24,000 nt of DNA. Source: Anaerolineae bacterium. GTDB taxonomy: Bacteria; Chloroflexota; Anaerolineae; UBA4142; SHND01. Position 1 is the stretch's first letter, and every line of letters starts with the position of its first letter. The position numbers and the translations under genes are program-made. The notes under the pieces were generated by a model. The model worked only from the letters and a program-made list of their open reading frames with translations, did not search any database and was not told the origin of the DNA. Positions 9,180 through 15,858 of this stretch are shown piece by piece. The stretch lies in assembly GCA_021463195.1 (NCBI GenBank), contig JAJTXZ010000021.1, positions 6,483 to 30,482 on the forward strand, in the 5' to 3' direction.

Positions 9180-9368
9180 GTCCGCAGGTGAATGTGCGCG
9201 AGGTTTACGGGGGCGCTTGGTAAATACTTGCGCCCGCAAGGGCGCGCGGGAAAAGCGCCGGCTTGACACAAGGATTCCCCCCAATCCTTGCGGGCGCGGC
9301 TGATATAACTTGGTTGTCCAACAACAGACAAATGATTTGCATGACTGATTAAAAAGAACGCGCGATGC

Positions 9369-9857
9369 CTACATTAATTTCATTTGCGCTTTTTGTTCTG
9401 ATTCGCGTTCTTTGCGGTCGCGCAGCCGTTGGATTTCGGCTTGTAAACTTTCGAGGTCGGCGAAACGGCGATAGACGGAAGCAAAGCGCACATACGCTAC
9501 ATCGTCGAGCGCGCGCAAACGCTCCATCACCATCTGCCCGATTTTTTGCGAATCCACTTCGGAGCGTCCGAGCGTGTGCAGCTGCGCTTCGATGTCGTCC
9601 ACGATCGCTTCGATGGCTTGCATTGGCACGGGTCGTTTAGCGCAGGCGCGCGTGATGCCGCTCAATAACTTTTGGCGGTCAAACGCTTCGCGTCGCCCGT
9701 CTTGCTTGATAACCATAAGTGACGTTTGCGCGACGCGTTCATACGTGGTAAAGCGATGCCCGCATTTGAGACATTCGCGCCGCCGCCGAATCGCTTCCTC
9801 GGATTCGCGCGTGTCAATAACTTTACTGGCTTCTTTGGAACAATAAGGACAACGCAT
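9369..9857 (-). CDS. nrdR: Transcriptional repressor NrdR (zinc ribbon plus ATP-cone)
   Basis: MRCPYCSKEASKVIDTRESEEAIRRRRECLKCGHRFTTYERV is the canonical NrdR zinc ribbon, followed by an ATP-cone. I use the start at 9857 (MRCPYC); the track's 13 extra N-terminal codons are unlikely to be real. Confidence 0.95.
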   Translation of the reverse strand: MRCPYCSKEASKVIDTRESEEAIRRRRECLKCGHRFTTYERVAQTSLMVIKQDGRREAFDRQKLLSGITRACAKRPVPMQAIEAIVDDIEAQLHTLGRSEVDSQKIGQMVMERLRALDDVAYVRFASVYRRFADLESLQAEIQRLRDRKERESEQKAQMKLM

Positions 9858-9933
9858 AAGTTCAATTTCGCATTTCCGAAACACGCGTTGGGTCAAAAAT
9901 AGGGCATGGACAACGCTGCCCAGACCCTAAAAT

Positions 9934-9949
9934 CCACTAAATCTTGTAT
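9934..9949 (-). promoter_or_regulatory. NrdR box (proximal to nrdR)
   Basis: CCACTAAATCTTGTAT (plus strand) has an imperfect 16-bp palindrome shape, CCAC-N8-GT(gg), with an AT-rich centre. It sits exactly 30 bp from the second box, as expected for tandem NrdR boxes. Confidence 0.55.
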
Positions 9950-9963
9950 GTATTCTTAATGAC

Positions 9964-9979
9964 CCACGAGATATTGTGG
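9964..9979 (-). promoter_or_regulatory. NrdR box (distal)
   Basis: CCACGAGATATTGTGG is a near-perfect 16-bp palindrome with an ATAT core, matching the known NrdR-box pattern (acaCwAtATaTwGtgt-like). Confidence 0.65.
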
Positions 9980-9992
9980 TTTTGCGATTTGG

Positions 9993-10021
9993 AGTGTAAC
10001 ACAAACTACGCGCTATTTCAA
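9993..10021 (-). promoter_or_regulatory. Candidate nrdR promoter
   Basis: Minus strand: TTGAAA (10021..10016), 17 nt, TACACT (9998..9993). The NrdR boxes lie immediately downstream. Confidence 0.4.
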
Positions 10022-10105
10022 GAGGTTGACCTTAAAAATCCGTCACAAGTCAAAAATTTAGCGCGACTTGCAAACTGAATCGTGGGGAACGAATATCTCG
10101 CGCGC

Positions 10106-10141
10106 AAAAAAAAAAGAGCCAGAGTGAATCACTCTGGCTCT
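10106..10141 (-). terminator. Intrinsic terminator after the Yip1-paralog pair
   Basis: Minus strand: AGAGCCAGAGTG-ATT-CACTCTGGCTCT (12-bp stem) followed by T10. It lies 14 nt after the stop at 10155. Confidence 0.85.
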
Positions 10142-10154
10142 TGAATCTCAACTG

Positions 10155-10754
10155 CTATTGGCCTGCGCCAGTAAACGCCATAGCGCCAGCAACCGCGGCA
10201 AAAATCATGCCGCCGATGACAGCCACAATCAAAAAGTTGACAACCGCAGCGACGATCGCCGTAATGACGGCGTTACCTGTCGAAAATTCCGCCGCTTCGC
10301 GCACACCGATGATATAACCGATGAGCTTTAAAATCGCGGCGACCAACCCGATCAAGCCGGTGATGCAGCCCAAAATCGGGGTAAGCAAAACCAGAATGTT
10401 CAAGATGCCGACGAGACCAAAGACATTGACGTAACCGGTCACGCGCAACATTTCTTGCGTGTTGGTTTTGCCGCCAAACATCTTGGACACAAACGCCAGG
10501 ACCCACCCTGCGATAAACCAACCGATGAGCGCCAAGATCACCGTAATGATGGCGAAAATAACGCCGCCCATCAGGTTAAAGCTCGAAGTCTGCGCGGTGG
10601 TATCAAAGGCAATCGCGCCGCCAAAAAACCCTGAAATCAGCGCGACGACAGCGGTAATAATCGCCGCTGGGGTTGTCGCATTCGCGTCTTCGGCGATTTG
10701 GCGATAAACGGGGGCTTTGAGCGTAATAACGCCCATAATACGATCCATGTCCAT
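10155..10754 (-). CDS. Yip1-domain integral membrane protein, paralog 2
   Basis: 199 aa with about 5 TM segments. The N-terminus, MGVITLKAPVYRQIAEDANATTPAAI, is typical of bacterial Yip1/DUF1282-like proteins. About 55% identical by eye to the upstream gene (shared FGGKTNTxEMLRVTGYV and REAAEFSTGNAxITAI). SD AAAGGAG lies 9 nt upstream. Confidence 0.85.
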   Translation of the reverse strand: MDMDRIMGVITLKAPVYRQIAEDANATTPAAIITAVVALISGFFGGAIAFDTTAQTSSFNLMGGVIFAIITVILALIGWFIAGWVLAFVSKMFGGKTNTQEMLRVTGYVNVFGLVGILNILVLLTPILGCITGLIGLVAAILKLIGYIIGVREAAEFSTGNAVITAIVAAVVNFLIVAVIGGMIFAAVAGAMAFTGAGQ

Positions 10755-10790
10755 GAGATATAACTCCTTTTGTTGGATAGTGCGAATCTG

Positions 10791-11387
10791 TTAACTGCCG
10801 CCGGTCATACCGGCAACAAGTCCTATTGCGGATGCGATTACAAATGTCGCCGCCAAGTAAATCATAAAATTCACTATGACGGCGATAATCGCCGTGATGA
10901 TCGCGTTGCCGGTGGAAAATTCTGCCGCCTCACGGATGCCGACAATGTATCCGATAAGCCGCAAAATCGCCGCGGCGAGACCGATAAAGCCCACAAGACA
11001 AAGCAATGTCGGGCTGATGAACGCGATTAGCGTCAAGACCGAGACAAAGGCGAAAATTTCGACATACCCGGTCACACGCAGCATTTCCTTTGTATTCGTC
11101 TTGCCGCCAAACCACCGCGCGACAAATGCGAGAATCCATGCCGTGACGAACCATGCAAGCAACGCAAAGATCACAGTCACAAGCGCCGCGACAATGGCAT
11201 TGACAATATTGGGGGAAAGCAGCTGCTGCGGATTACTCGGGTCCGTACGAACAAACCCCGATATAAATCCACCGACTAGCGCGGCAATGACGACGATGAG
11301 CCCCGCCGGTTGCGTTGCGTTTGGATCATCGGCGATTTCGCGATAGGTAGACGCGTTGAGTGCCAATACCCCCATAATCCGACTCAT
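10791..11387 (-). CDS. Yip1-domain integral membrane protein, paralog 1
   Basis: 198 aa with the same architecture and motifs as 10155..10754. SD GAAAGGAG lies 10 nt upstream of the ATG at 11387. Confidence 0.85.
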   Translation of the reverse strand: MSRIMGVLALNASTYREIADDPNATQPAGLIVVIAALVGGFISGFVRTDPSNPQQLLSPNIVNAIVAALVTVIFALLAWFVTAWILAFVARWFGGKTNTKEMLRVTGYVEIFAFVSVLTLIAFISPTLLCLVGFIGLAAAILRLIGYIVGIREAAEFSTGNAIITAIIAVIVNFMIYLAATFVIASAIGLVAGMTGGS

Positions 11388-11417
11388 ATCGGATATACTC
11401 CTTTCAAAAGGATAACA

Positions 11418-11466
11418 AGAAAAAAAAAGAATCAGAGCGCACGAGCAAAATACGTAAACGCGGCTC
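11418..11466 (-). terminator. Terminator/attenuator hairpin plus U-tract immediately upstream of the Yip1 operon RBS
   Basis: Minus strand: CAGAGC(CGCG)...(CGTG)CGCTCTG stem, then ATTCTTTTTTTTT (A9 run 11418-11426 on plus). It ends ~30 nt before the ATG at 11387. Confidence 0.55.
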
Positions 11467-11494
11467 TGGCATTGCAGGATTCAAATATTATGGT

Positions 11495-11610
11495 TCGCGC
11501 GTTCAACCTAGCGCTTTTAATGAAATTGCGGGGACGGCTACGCGGCAAGACGTCCGCGCGCGCCGCATTAGAAAATGCGATCCACTCAATTTCATAAAAC
11601 GCTAGTTCGC
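11495..11610 (-). other. Candidate structured RNA domain (multi-helix junction closed by a ~24-bp interrupted helix) within the Yip1 operon leader
   Basis: On the minus strand, GCGCGAACTAGCGTTTTATGAAATTG (11610..11585) pairs with CAATTTCATTAAAAGCGCTAGGTTGAACGCGC (11526..11495). The enclosed region contains a CGCATT-TTCT-AATGCG hairpin and a GC-rich arm (GGACG...CGTCC / CGCGG...CCGCG). No credible ORF is present. Confidence 0.35.
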
Positions 11611-11744
11611 GCAAACTATAGCGGAAGGAAATCGCGTCGCTAGTTCTACCTCCTTTCTATAAAGAATGAAAGCAAAAACATGTGCGCTGCGTGCGGCAAA
11701 CTTGAATGTTCAACTCGTTAACAACTTTTGAACATGTCGCTGAA

Positions 11745-11753
11745 ATTATAACA
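11745..11753 (-). promoter_or_regulatory. Extended -10 promoter (TGTTATAAT) reading toward the Yip1 operon leader
   Basis: Minus strand: TGT-TATAAT (11753..11745). There is no good -35, which is consistent with the extended -10 class. Confidence 0.4.
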
Positions 11754-11793
11754 CCAATTAACGCAAAAGTTCCTTAAGAAAATTACGCGGTGG

Positions 11794-11911
11794 GGATGCG
11801 GGTAGGAACGGCGGGTAGGAACGGAACCGGGTTCCGTTCCTACCCGCACCCATTCCGTTCCTACTCACTCATTCCGTTCCTACCCGCACCTATTCCGTTC
11901 CAATTCACTCC
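11794..11911. repeat. Dense array of 6 copies of a GGAACGG/CCGTTCC-core repeat: 2 inverted plus 4 direct copies, including a perfect 37-nt palindrome
   Basis: GCGGGTAGGAACG is tandemly duplicated (11798-11810 and 11811-11823). A perfect palindrome, GCGGGTAGGAACGGAACC-G-GGTTCCGTTCCTACCCGC, spans 11811-11847. Direct TTCCGTTCC-type units start at 11832, 11853, 11872 and 11893 (spacing 21/19/21). This equals a 40-bp unit duplicated at ~35/40 identity. Confidence 0.9.
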
Positions 11912-11914
11912 AAC

Positions 11915-11950
11915 AAAAAAGAGAAGCGGGGTCCCACTACCCCGCTTCTC
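11915..11950 (-). terminator. Intrinsic terminator of ftsZ / the dcw operon
   Basis: Minus strand: GAGAAGCGGGG-TAGTGGGA-CCCCGCTTCTC (11-bp stem) followed by TTTTTT. It lies ~140 nt after the ftsZ stop. Confidence 0.85.
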
Positions 11951-12088
11951 CGCCGGTTCCCGCCACTTCACAACTTCCTCGTCACAGAGACGCCCACCGT
12001 GATTTAGCTGATGTGGAGCAAGCGGTAGAGAATTCAATCTCTTGTCTCCAATCTCCAATCTTGCGATTGAAATTTGGAGAGTAGAGAT

Positions 12089-13237
12089 TCAGCCCCGCTT
12101 GCGTAAAAACGCGGGAATATCCAAATCTTCGCGGTCAAATTGGCGCACCGGGAAATCAATCGTTTTCTTGCCCGGCGCGGCGACTACGTTTCCCGTCGCG
12201 ACGCCTGCGCCCGCTCCGGGCAAGCGTTTCGCTTGCGCTTGGAAACCTGTCGCAATGACAGTGATGCGCACATCGTCTTTCATTTCGGGATTGATGACCG
12301 CGCCAAAGATTAGGTTCACTTCTGGATCCGCCACGCGACGCACAATTTCCGCCGCTTCATATACTTCATGCAGCGTTAAATCTTCGCCGCCGGTGACATT
12401 AAACAAAACACCGCGCGCTCCATCAATGCTCACATCGAGCAAAGGCGATTTAATCGCCATTTCCGCCGCCGCCACCGCGCGGTTCTCGCCGCTGCCGCGT
12501 CCGACCGCCATCAAAGCCGCGCCGCCTTCGCCCATAATCGTTTTCACATCGGCAAAGTCAAGATTAATCAAACCCGGCACCGTAATCAATTCACTAATGC
12601 CTTGAATGCCTTGCCGCAGCACATCGTCGGCGAGACGAAACGCGGATTGAAGCGACGCCTTTTTATCCACAATGTCCAATAACCGATCATTGGGAATAAT
12701 AATGAGCGTGTCCACATTATCTTTAAGCCGATTCAACGCGTCATCGGCGACACGCTTGCGTTTCGCGCCTTCAAACATAAACGGTTTGGTGACCACGCCA
12801 ATCGTAAGCGAACCCATTTCGCGCGCGAGTTTGGCAATCACTGGCGCGGCGCCCGAACCTGTGCCGCCGCCCATGCCCGCTGTGACAAACACCATATCCG
12901 CGCCTTTGATCGAATCGCGAATATCGTCGGCGGTCTCTTCAGCGGATTTCATGCCGCGCTCGGGGTCGCCGCCCGCGCCCAGACCGCGCGTCAGCTTGTC
13001 GCCAATGCGAATCTTGGTTTGCGCTTGCGAATGAATCAGCGCCTGCGCGTCGGTATTAATCGCGATAAAATCCACGCCGCGCAATCCTTCGATAATCATA
13101 CGATTGACGGCATTGGTGCCGCCGCCGCCAACGCCGACGACTTTGATTGCCGCAAAATTTTCAACGCCGTTAAATACGGGTTCCGCGCGCTTTGGTGGAA
13201 CCGGCGGCCGGGGGGGAATAAGGGAATTTCGCTCCAT
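12089..13237 (-). CDS. ftsZ: Cell division GTPase FtsZ
   Basis: [13 protein letters not shown], the tubulin signature [20 protein letters not shown] and the C-terminal peptide [16 protein letters not shown] lies upstream of the ATG at 13237. Confidence 0.97.
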   Translation of the reverse strand: MERNSLIPPRPPVPPKRAEPVFNGVENFAAIKVVGVGGGGTNAVNRMIIEGLRGVDFIAINTDAQALIHSQAQTKIRIGDKLTRGLGAGGDPERGMKSAEETADDIRDSIKGADMVFVTAGMGGGTGSGAAPVIAKLAREMGSLTIGVVTKPFMFEGAKRKRVADDALNRLKDNVDTLIIIPNDRLLDIVDKKASLQSAFRLADDVLRQGIQGISELITVPGLINLDFADVKTIMGEGGAALMAVGRGSGENRAVAAAEMAIKSPLLDVSIDGARGVLFNVTGGEDLTLHEVYEAAEIVRRVADPEVNLIFGAVINPEMKDDVRITVIATGFQAQAKRLPGAGAGVATGNVVAAPGKKTIDFPVRQFDREDLDIPAFLRKRG

Positions 13238-13382
13238 CGCTCTACCTCACAATGTACTCGCCATCAAGAGATGGCAGATTATGGCTACCACTAGGCACGA
13301 TTCGGGCGCTCACACTCTCTATGACGCATCCCTATCTAGTAAAAATTCCCGCAAAACATACTAGATTTAGGACATGTGTGAG

Positions 13383-13411
13383 ATTATAAGCCCCAAATAT
13401 CACTATGTCAA
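13383..13411 (-). promoter_or_regulatory. Perfect-consensus sigma70-type promoter upstream of ftsZ
   Basis: Minus strand: TTGACA (13411..13406), exactly 17 nt, TATAAT (13388..13383). It predicts a ~140-nt ftsZ 5' UTR. Confidence 0.6.
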
Positions 13412-13532
13412 GACCCAATTTTCCAAACTACCGCAAGCAATGCCAGCGTCGCCAACAACCGCGCCAACAATGCTATCCGGTCAAATTCACTCGCAAAAAT
13501 GCTCGATTTTAGTTTATTCAGACGTATCATTT

Positions 13533-14798
13533 CTATTCCGCCTTTTCCGGCAGCAGCGCGTTTCGCAGCCAACCGCCCATATTGACCAACGGCGCAAATA
13601 TTCCTTCACGACTTTTGCGCCGCGCGCGCGCTTCCATTTTTGTCAGTTCAAGCGTTTGACTGTCCGCCTCGCGCAAACCCCATTGCGCCAAACCAATGCT
13701 CGTAGCAAACGCCGGCGCGCTCACGCGTTCCACCATCCCCTCGATTTTTTGCGGCGAACCGACGCGACTCGGCAAACCCACGCTTTCGCGCGCGAACGCT
13801 TTGATGCTCGCGAGCTGCGCCGTTCCGCCCGTCAACACAATGCCGGCGGGCAACAAGCCGTCATAACCCGAGCGTTTGATTTCGATCAACACCATCGAAA
13901 AAATTTCTTCGGCGCGCGCTTGCAAAATTTCCGACACCTCGCGCCGCGAGACGACGCGCATCTCTTCATCGCCGAATGCGGCGAGCTCGATAATTTCTTC
14001 GGGCCGCGCATCGTCCGCCAACACTGTGCCGTACTTTATTTTGATTTCCTCTGCCGCGGCAAAAGGCGCGCGCAAGCCAACCGCCAAATCATTCGTCAGG
14101 TGCATACCGCCAATCGGCAAGACGACGGTATGCCACACGCTGCCTTCAATGAAAATCGCGATATCGGTTGTGCCGCCGCCAATATCCACTAACGCCACGC
14201 CCAAATCGCGTTCCGCGCTCGTCAACACCGCTTCGCCCGACGCAATCGGCTCGAGCGCCAACTGAATCACGCGCACCCCCGCCGCTTCAACCGCTTTATA
14301 TAAATTTTGAATTGACGCCACCGCGCCCGTCACAATGTGCGCCTCGACTTCCAGACGATAACCCATCATCCCAATCGGATCGCGCACACCGTCTTGGCCG
14401 TCGAGCGAAAAACCGCGCGCGATCGCGTGAATCACTTCGCGATTATCCGGCACCGCAATCGCCTGCGCCGCATCCATCGCGCGCTGCACAATGTCTTGCG
14501 TTACCGCGCGCCCGTGCGGAATCGGCGCGACGCCGCGCGAATTGATGGACGCAATATGCGCGCCCGCGATGCCGACGTATGCGCCTTCAATCGACATATT
14601 CGCCATGCGTTCGGCTTGTTCCACCGCCAGCGCAATCGCTTGCGCCGCAAGTTTCACATCCACCACCACGCCTTTGCGAATGCCCTCGCTCGGCGCCAAA
14701 CCCACGCCCAACACGCGCACGCCATCTTGCGCCTGTTCCGCAATAAGCGCCACCGTTTTGGTCGTGCCAATGTCCAATACTGCCACCGGAATACTCAT
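13533..14798 (-). CDS. ftsA: Cell division protein FtsA (actin-like ATPase)
   Basis: MSIPVAVLDIGTTKTVALIAE (phosphate-1 motif), VDIGGGTTDIAIF and LTGGTAQL, with a C-terminal amphipathic tail. The start at 14798 is preceded by AGGGAGGGTGT. The track's 26 extra codons overlap ftsQ and lack an RBS. Confidence 0.95.
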   Translation of the reverse strand: MSIPVAVLDIGTTKTVALIAEQAQDGVRVLGVGLAPSEGIRKGVVVDVKLAAQAIALAVEQAERMANMSIEGAYVGIAGAHIASINSRGVAPIPHGRAVTQDIVQRAMDAAQAIAVPDNREVIHAIARGFSLDGQDGVRDPIGMMGYRLEVEAHIVTGAVASIQNLYKAVEAAGVRVIQLALEPIASGEAVLTSAERDLGVALVDIGGGTTDIAIFIEGSVWHTVVLPIGGMHLTNDLAVGLRAPFAAAEEIKIKYGTVLADDARPEEIIELAAFGDEEMRVVSRREVSEILQARAEEIFSMVLIEIKRSGYDGLLPAGIVLTGGTAQLASIKAFARESVGLPSRVGSPQKIEGMVERVSAPAFATSIGLAQWGLREADSQTLELTKMEARARRKSREGIFAPLVNMGGWLRNALLPEKAE

Positions 14799-14820
14799 AC
14801 ACCCTCCCTTGGCGCATCGC

Positions 14821-15741
14821 CTATTTGCTTTTCGCCGCGCTTTCTTGGTAATAGGGCAACCCGCTGCCCAAATCAATAAACAACACAGAGCGCTTGTCGC
14901 GCAGCAGCTGCGTCGTCACAATATGTAGCGCGGTGAGTTTGTCTTGCATCTGATTCGCGCTGCCAAAATAAATCAACCAGCCATGTTCATCGCGCAAGGT
15001 CAAGCCGTGCGCCTTGGTCCATTCAAAATATTTCGGCGCGGCTTTCCACGCATTGATGAGCGAAACCGCCGCGTTGAACGCATCGGGATTAATGCGCTCG
15101 CCGTACTGGACCGCCTTGCCTTCCGAATCGCGCACATGCCAGCCATTCGGCACCATGCCGCGCGGTCTCATCGCAATCCCTTCCTGATCCACCCAAAAAT
15201 TTTTGCCCGCCACTTCCCACACAAAACGCGGCGCGCGCTCGACGGTATAAATTTCGACCGTATTCGGCAGGGTCACATACACTTGAACATCTTTGAATTC
15301 TGGCAGCGCGCGCACCGCGCGTTCGACCGCGCGCGGATCAACAAAGAAAATATTCCAACCATCCACGCCCGCGACCTGCGCGATTTCTTGACGCGGCACA
15401 ATCTTGGCGCCAATCACCGCCGGCTGCGAAACAAAAAACGCGTCGAGATTAAAACTCGCCCACAATAGCGCGCTCAACAACGCCAACATGAATCCGGCGA
15501 AAAATTTTGGGCGGCTGGCGCGCCAATCGCGCGCCGTGCGCCACGGATTCAATTCAATGCGCGGCGCGGCAATATCGAACGTCGCGCGCTTTTGAACCTT
15601 GCGCGGACGCGCCGCTTTTTCGCGCGGTTCGGGCGCCACAACGCGGACACGCGACGACGCGCCCACCACCTGCCGCTTGCGCCGCGTGCGGCGCGCGACC
15701 GGTTTCTTTTCCGGCTCTACGGGTTGGCGACGAATATCCAT
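14821..15741 (-). CDS. ftsQ: Cell division protein FtsQ/DivIB (basic N-tail, single TM, POTRA domain)
   Basis: 306 aa with an R/K-rich cytoplasmic tail and the TM segment FFAGFMLALLSALLWASF. A POTRA-like segment follows (IGAKIVPRQEIAQVAGVDGWNIFFVDPRAVERAVRALPEFKDVQV). It sits between ddl and ftsA. Confidence 0.85.
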   Translation of the reverse strand: MDIRRQPVEPEKKPVARRTRRKRQVVGASSRVRVVAPEPREKAARPRKVQKRATFDIAAPRIELNPWRTARDWRASRPKFFAGFMLALLSALLWASFNLDAFFVSQPAVIGAKIVPRQEIAQVAGVDGWNIFFVDPRAVERAVRALPEFKDVQVYVTLPNTVEIYTVERAPRFVWEVAGKNFWVDQEGIAMRPRGMVPNGWHVRDSEGKAVQYGERINPDAFNAAVSLINAWKAAPKYFEWTKAHGLTLRDEHGWLIYFGSANQMQDKLTALHIVTTQLLRDKRSVLFIDLGSGLPYYQESAAKSK

Positions 15742-15831
15742 ATGAAATCAGCGAAGCATAAAGAATAATCAGTTATCAGTTTCCGCATGGCGCATTGCCG
15801 ATTATTTATTACCCACTGATGTTACGCAATA

Positions 15832-15858
15832 GTACGGCAAATTTGAAATTTGCCGTAC
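15832..15858. repeat. Perfect 27-bp palindrome in the ddl-ftsQ intergenic region
   Basis: GTACGGCAAATTT-G-AAATTTGCCGTAC has 13-bp arms. It abuts a second nested inverted repeat, ACGTTTACGCGC...GCGCGTAACGT (15857-15894), that encloses CGCGA-TTTTT-TCGCG. Confidence 0.9.

Noticed and set aside
9180-9300. Cobalamin (AdoCbl) riboswitch upstream of the B12-dependent nrdJ
   Set aside because: Only scattered string similarity is present (GGGGAATCC, CCCGC, CACCTGC). I cannot find the GCCACTG-type core or a proper B12 box, and the helices do not map onto the known architecture. B12 riboswitches also normally repress B12-independent enzymes. I left this as an unclassified structured spacer pending a covariance-model scan.
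9858-9896. Thirteen extra N-terminal codons on nrdR, with analogous track extensions on ddl (17016..17150), ftsA (14799..14876) and murD (23806..23880)
   Set aside because: The conserved family N-termini (MRCPYC; MTQKIRVGLIFGG; MSIPVAVLDIGTT; MELKNKRVLVMGLG) begin at internal ATGs with better RBS context or spacing. The extensions overlap upstream genes or regulatory sites.
11644-11656. CTACCTCCTTTCT resembling the 3' end of 16S rRNA (plus strand), or a strong SD AGAAAGGAGGTAG (minus strand) marking a hidden small gene
   Set aside because: There is no rRNA context around it. On the minus strand no ATG, GTG or TTG occurs within 15 nt downstream, and the nearest track ORF (11432..11614, alternative start 35 nt away) is R/A-rich low complexity. 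I treat it as part of the structured leader, possibly an SD-like decoy or pairing element.
11790-12058. Track ORFs 11790..12002 (+) and 11861..12058 (-) in the repeat region, and the idea that the array is a CRISPR
   Set aside because: These ORFs are translations of the tandem/inverted repeats and the ftsZ terminator, with no RBS. The repeats are contiguous at a 13-21 bp period with no unique spacers, and there are no cas genes, so this is not a CRISPR array.
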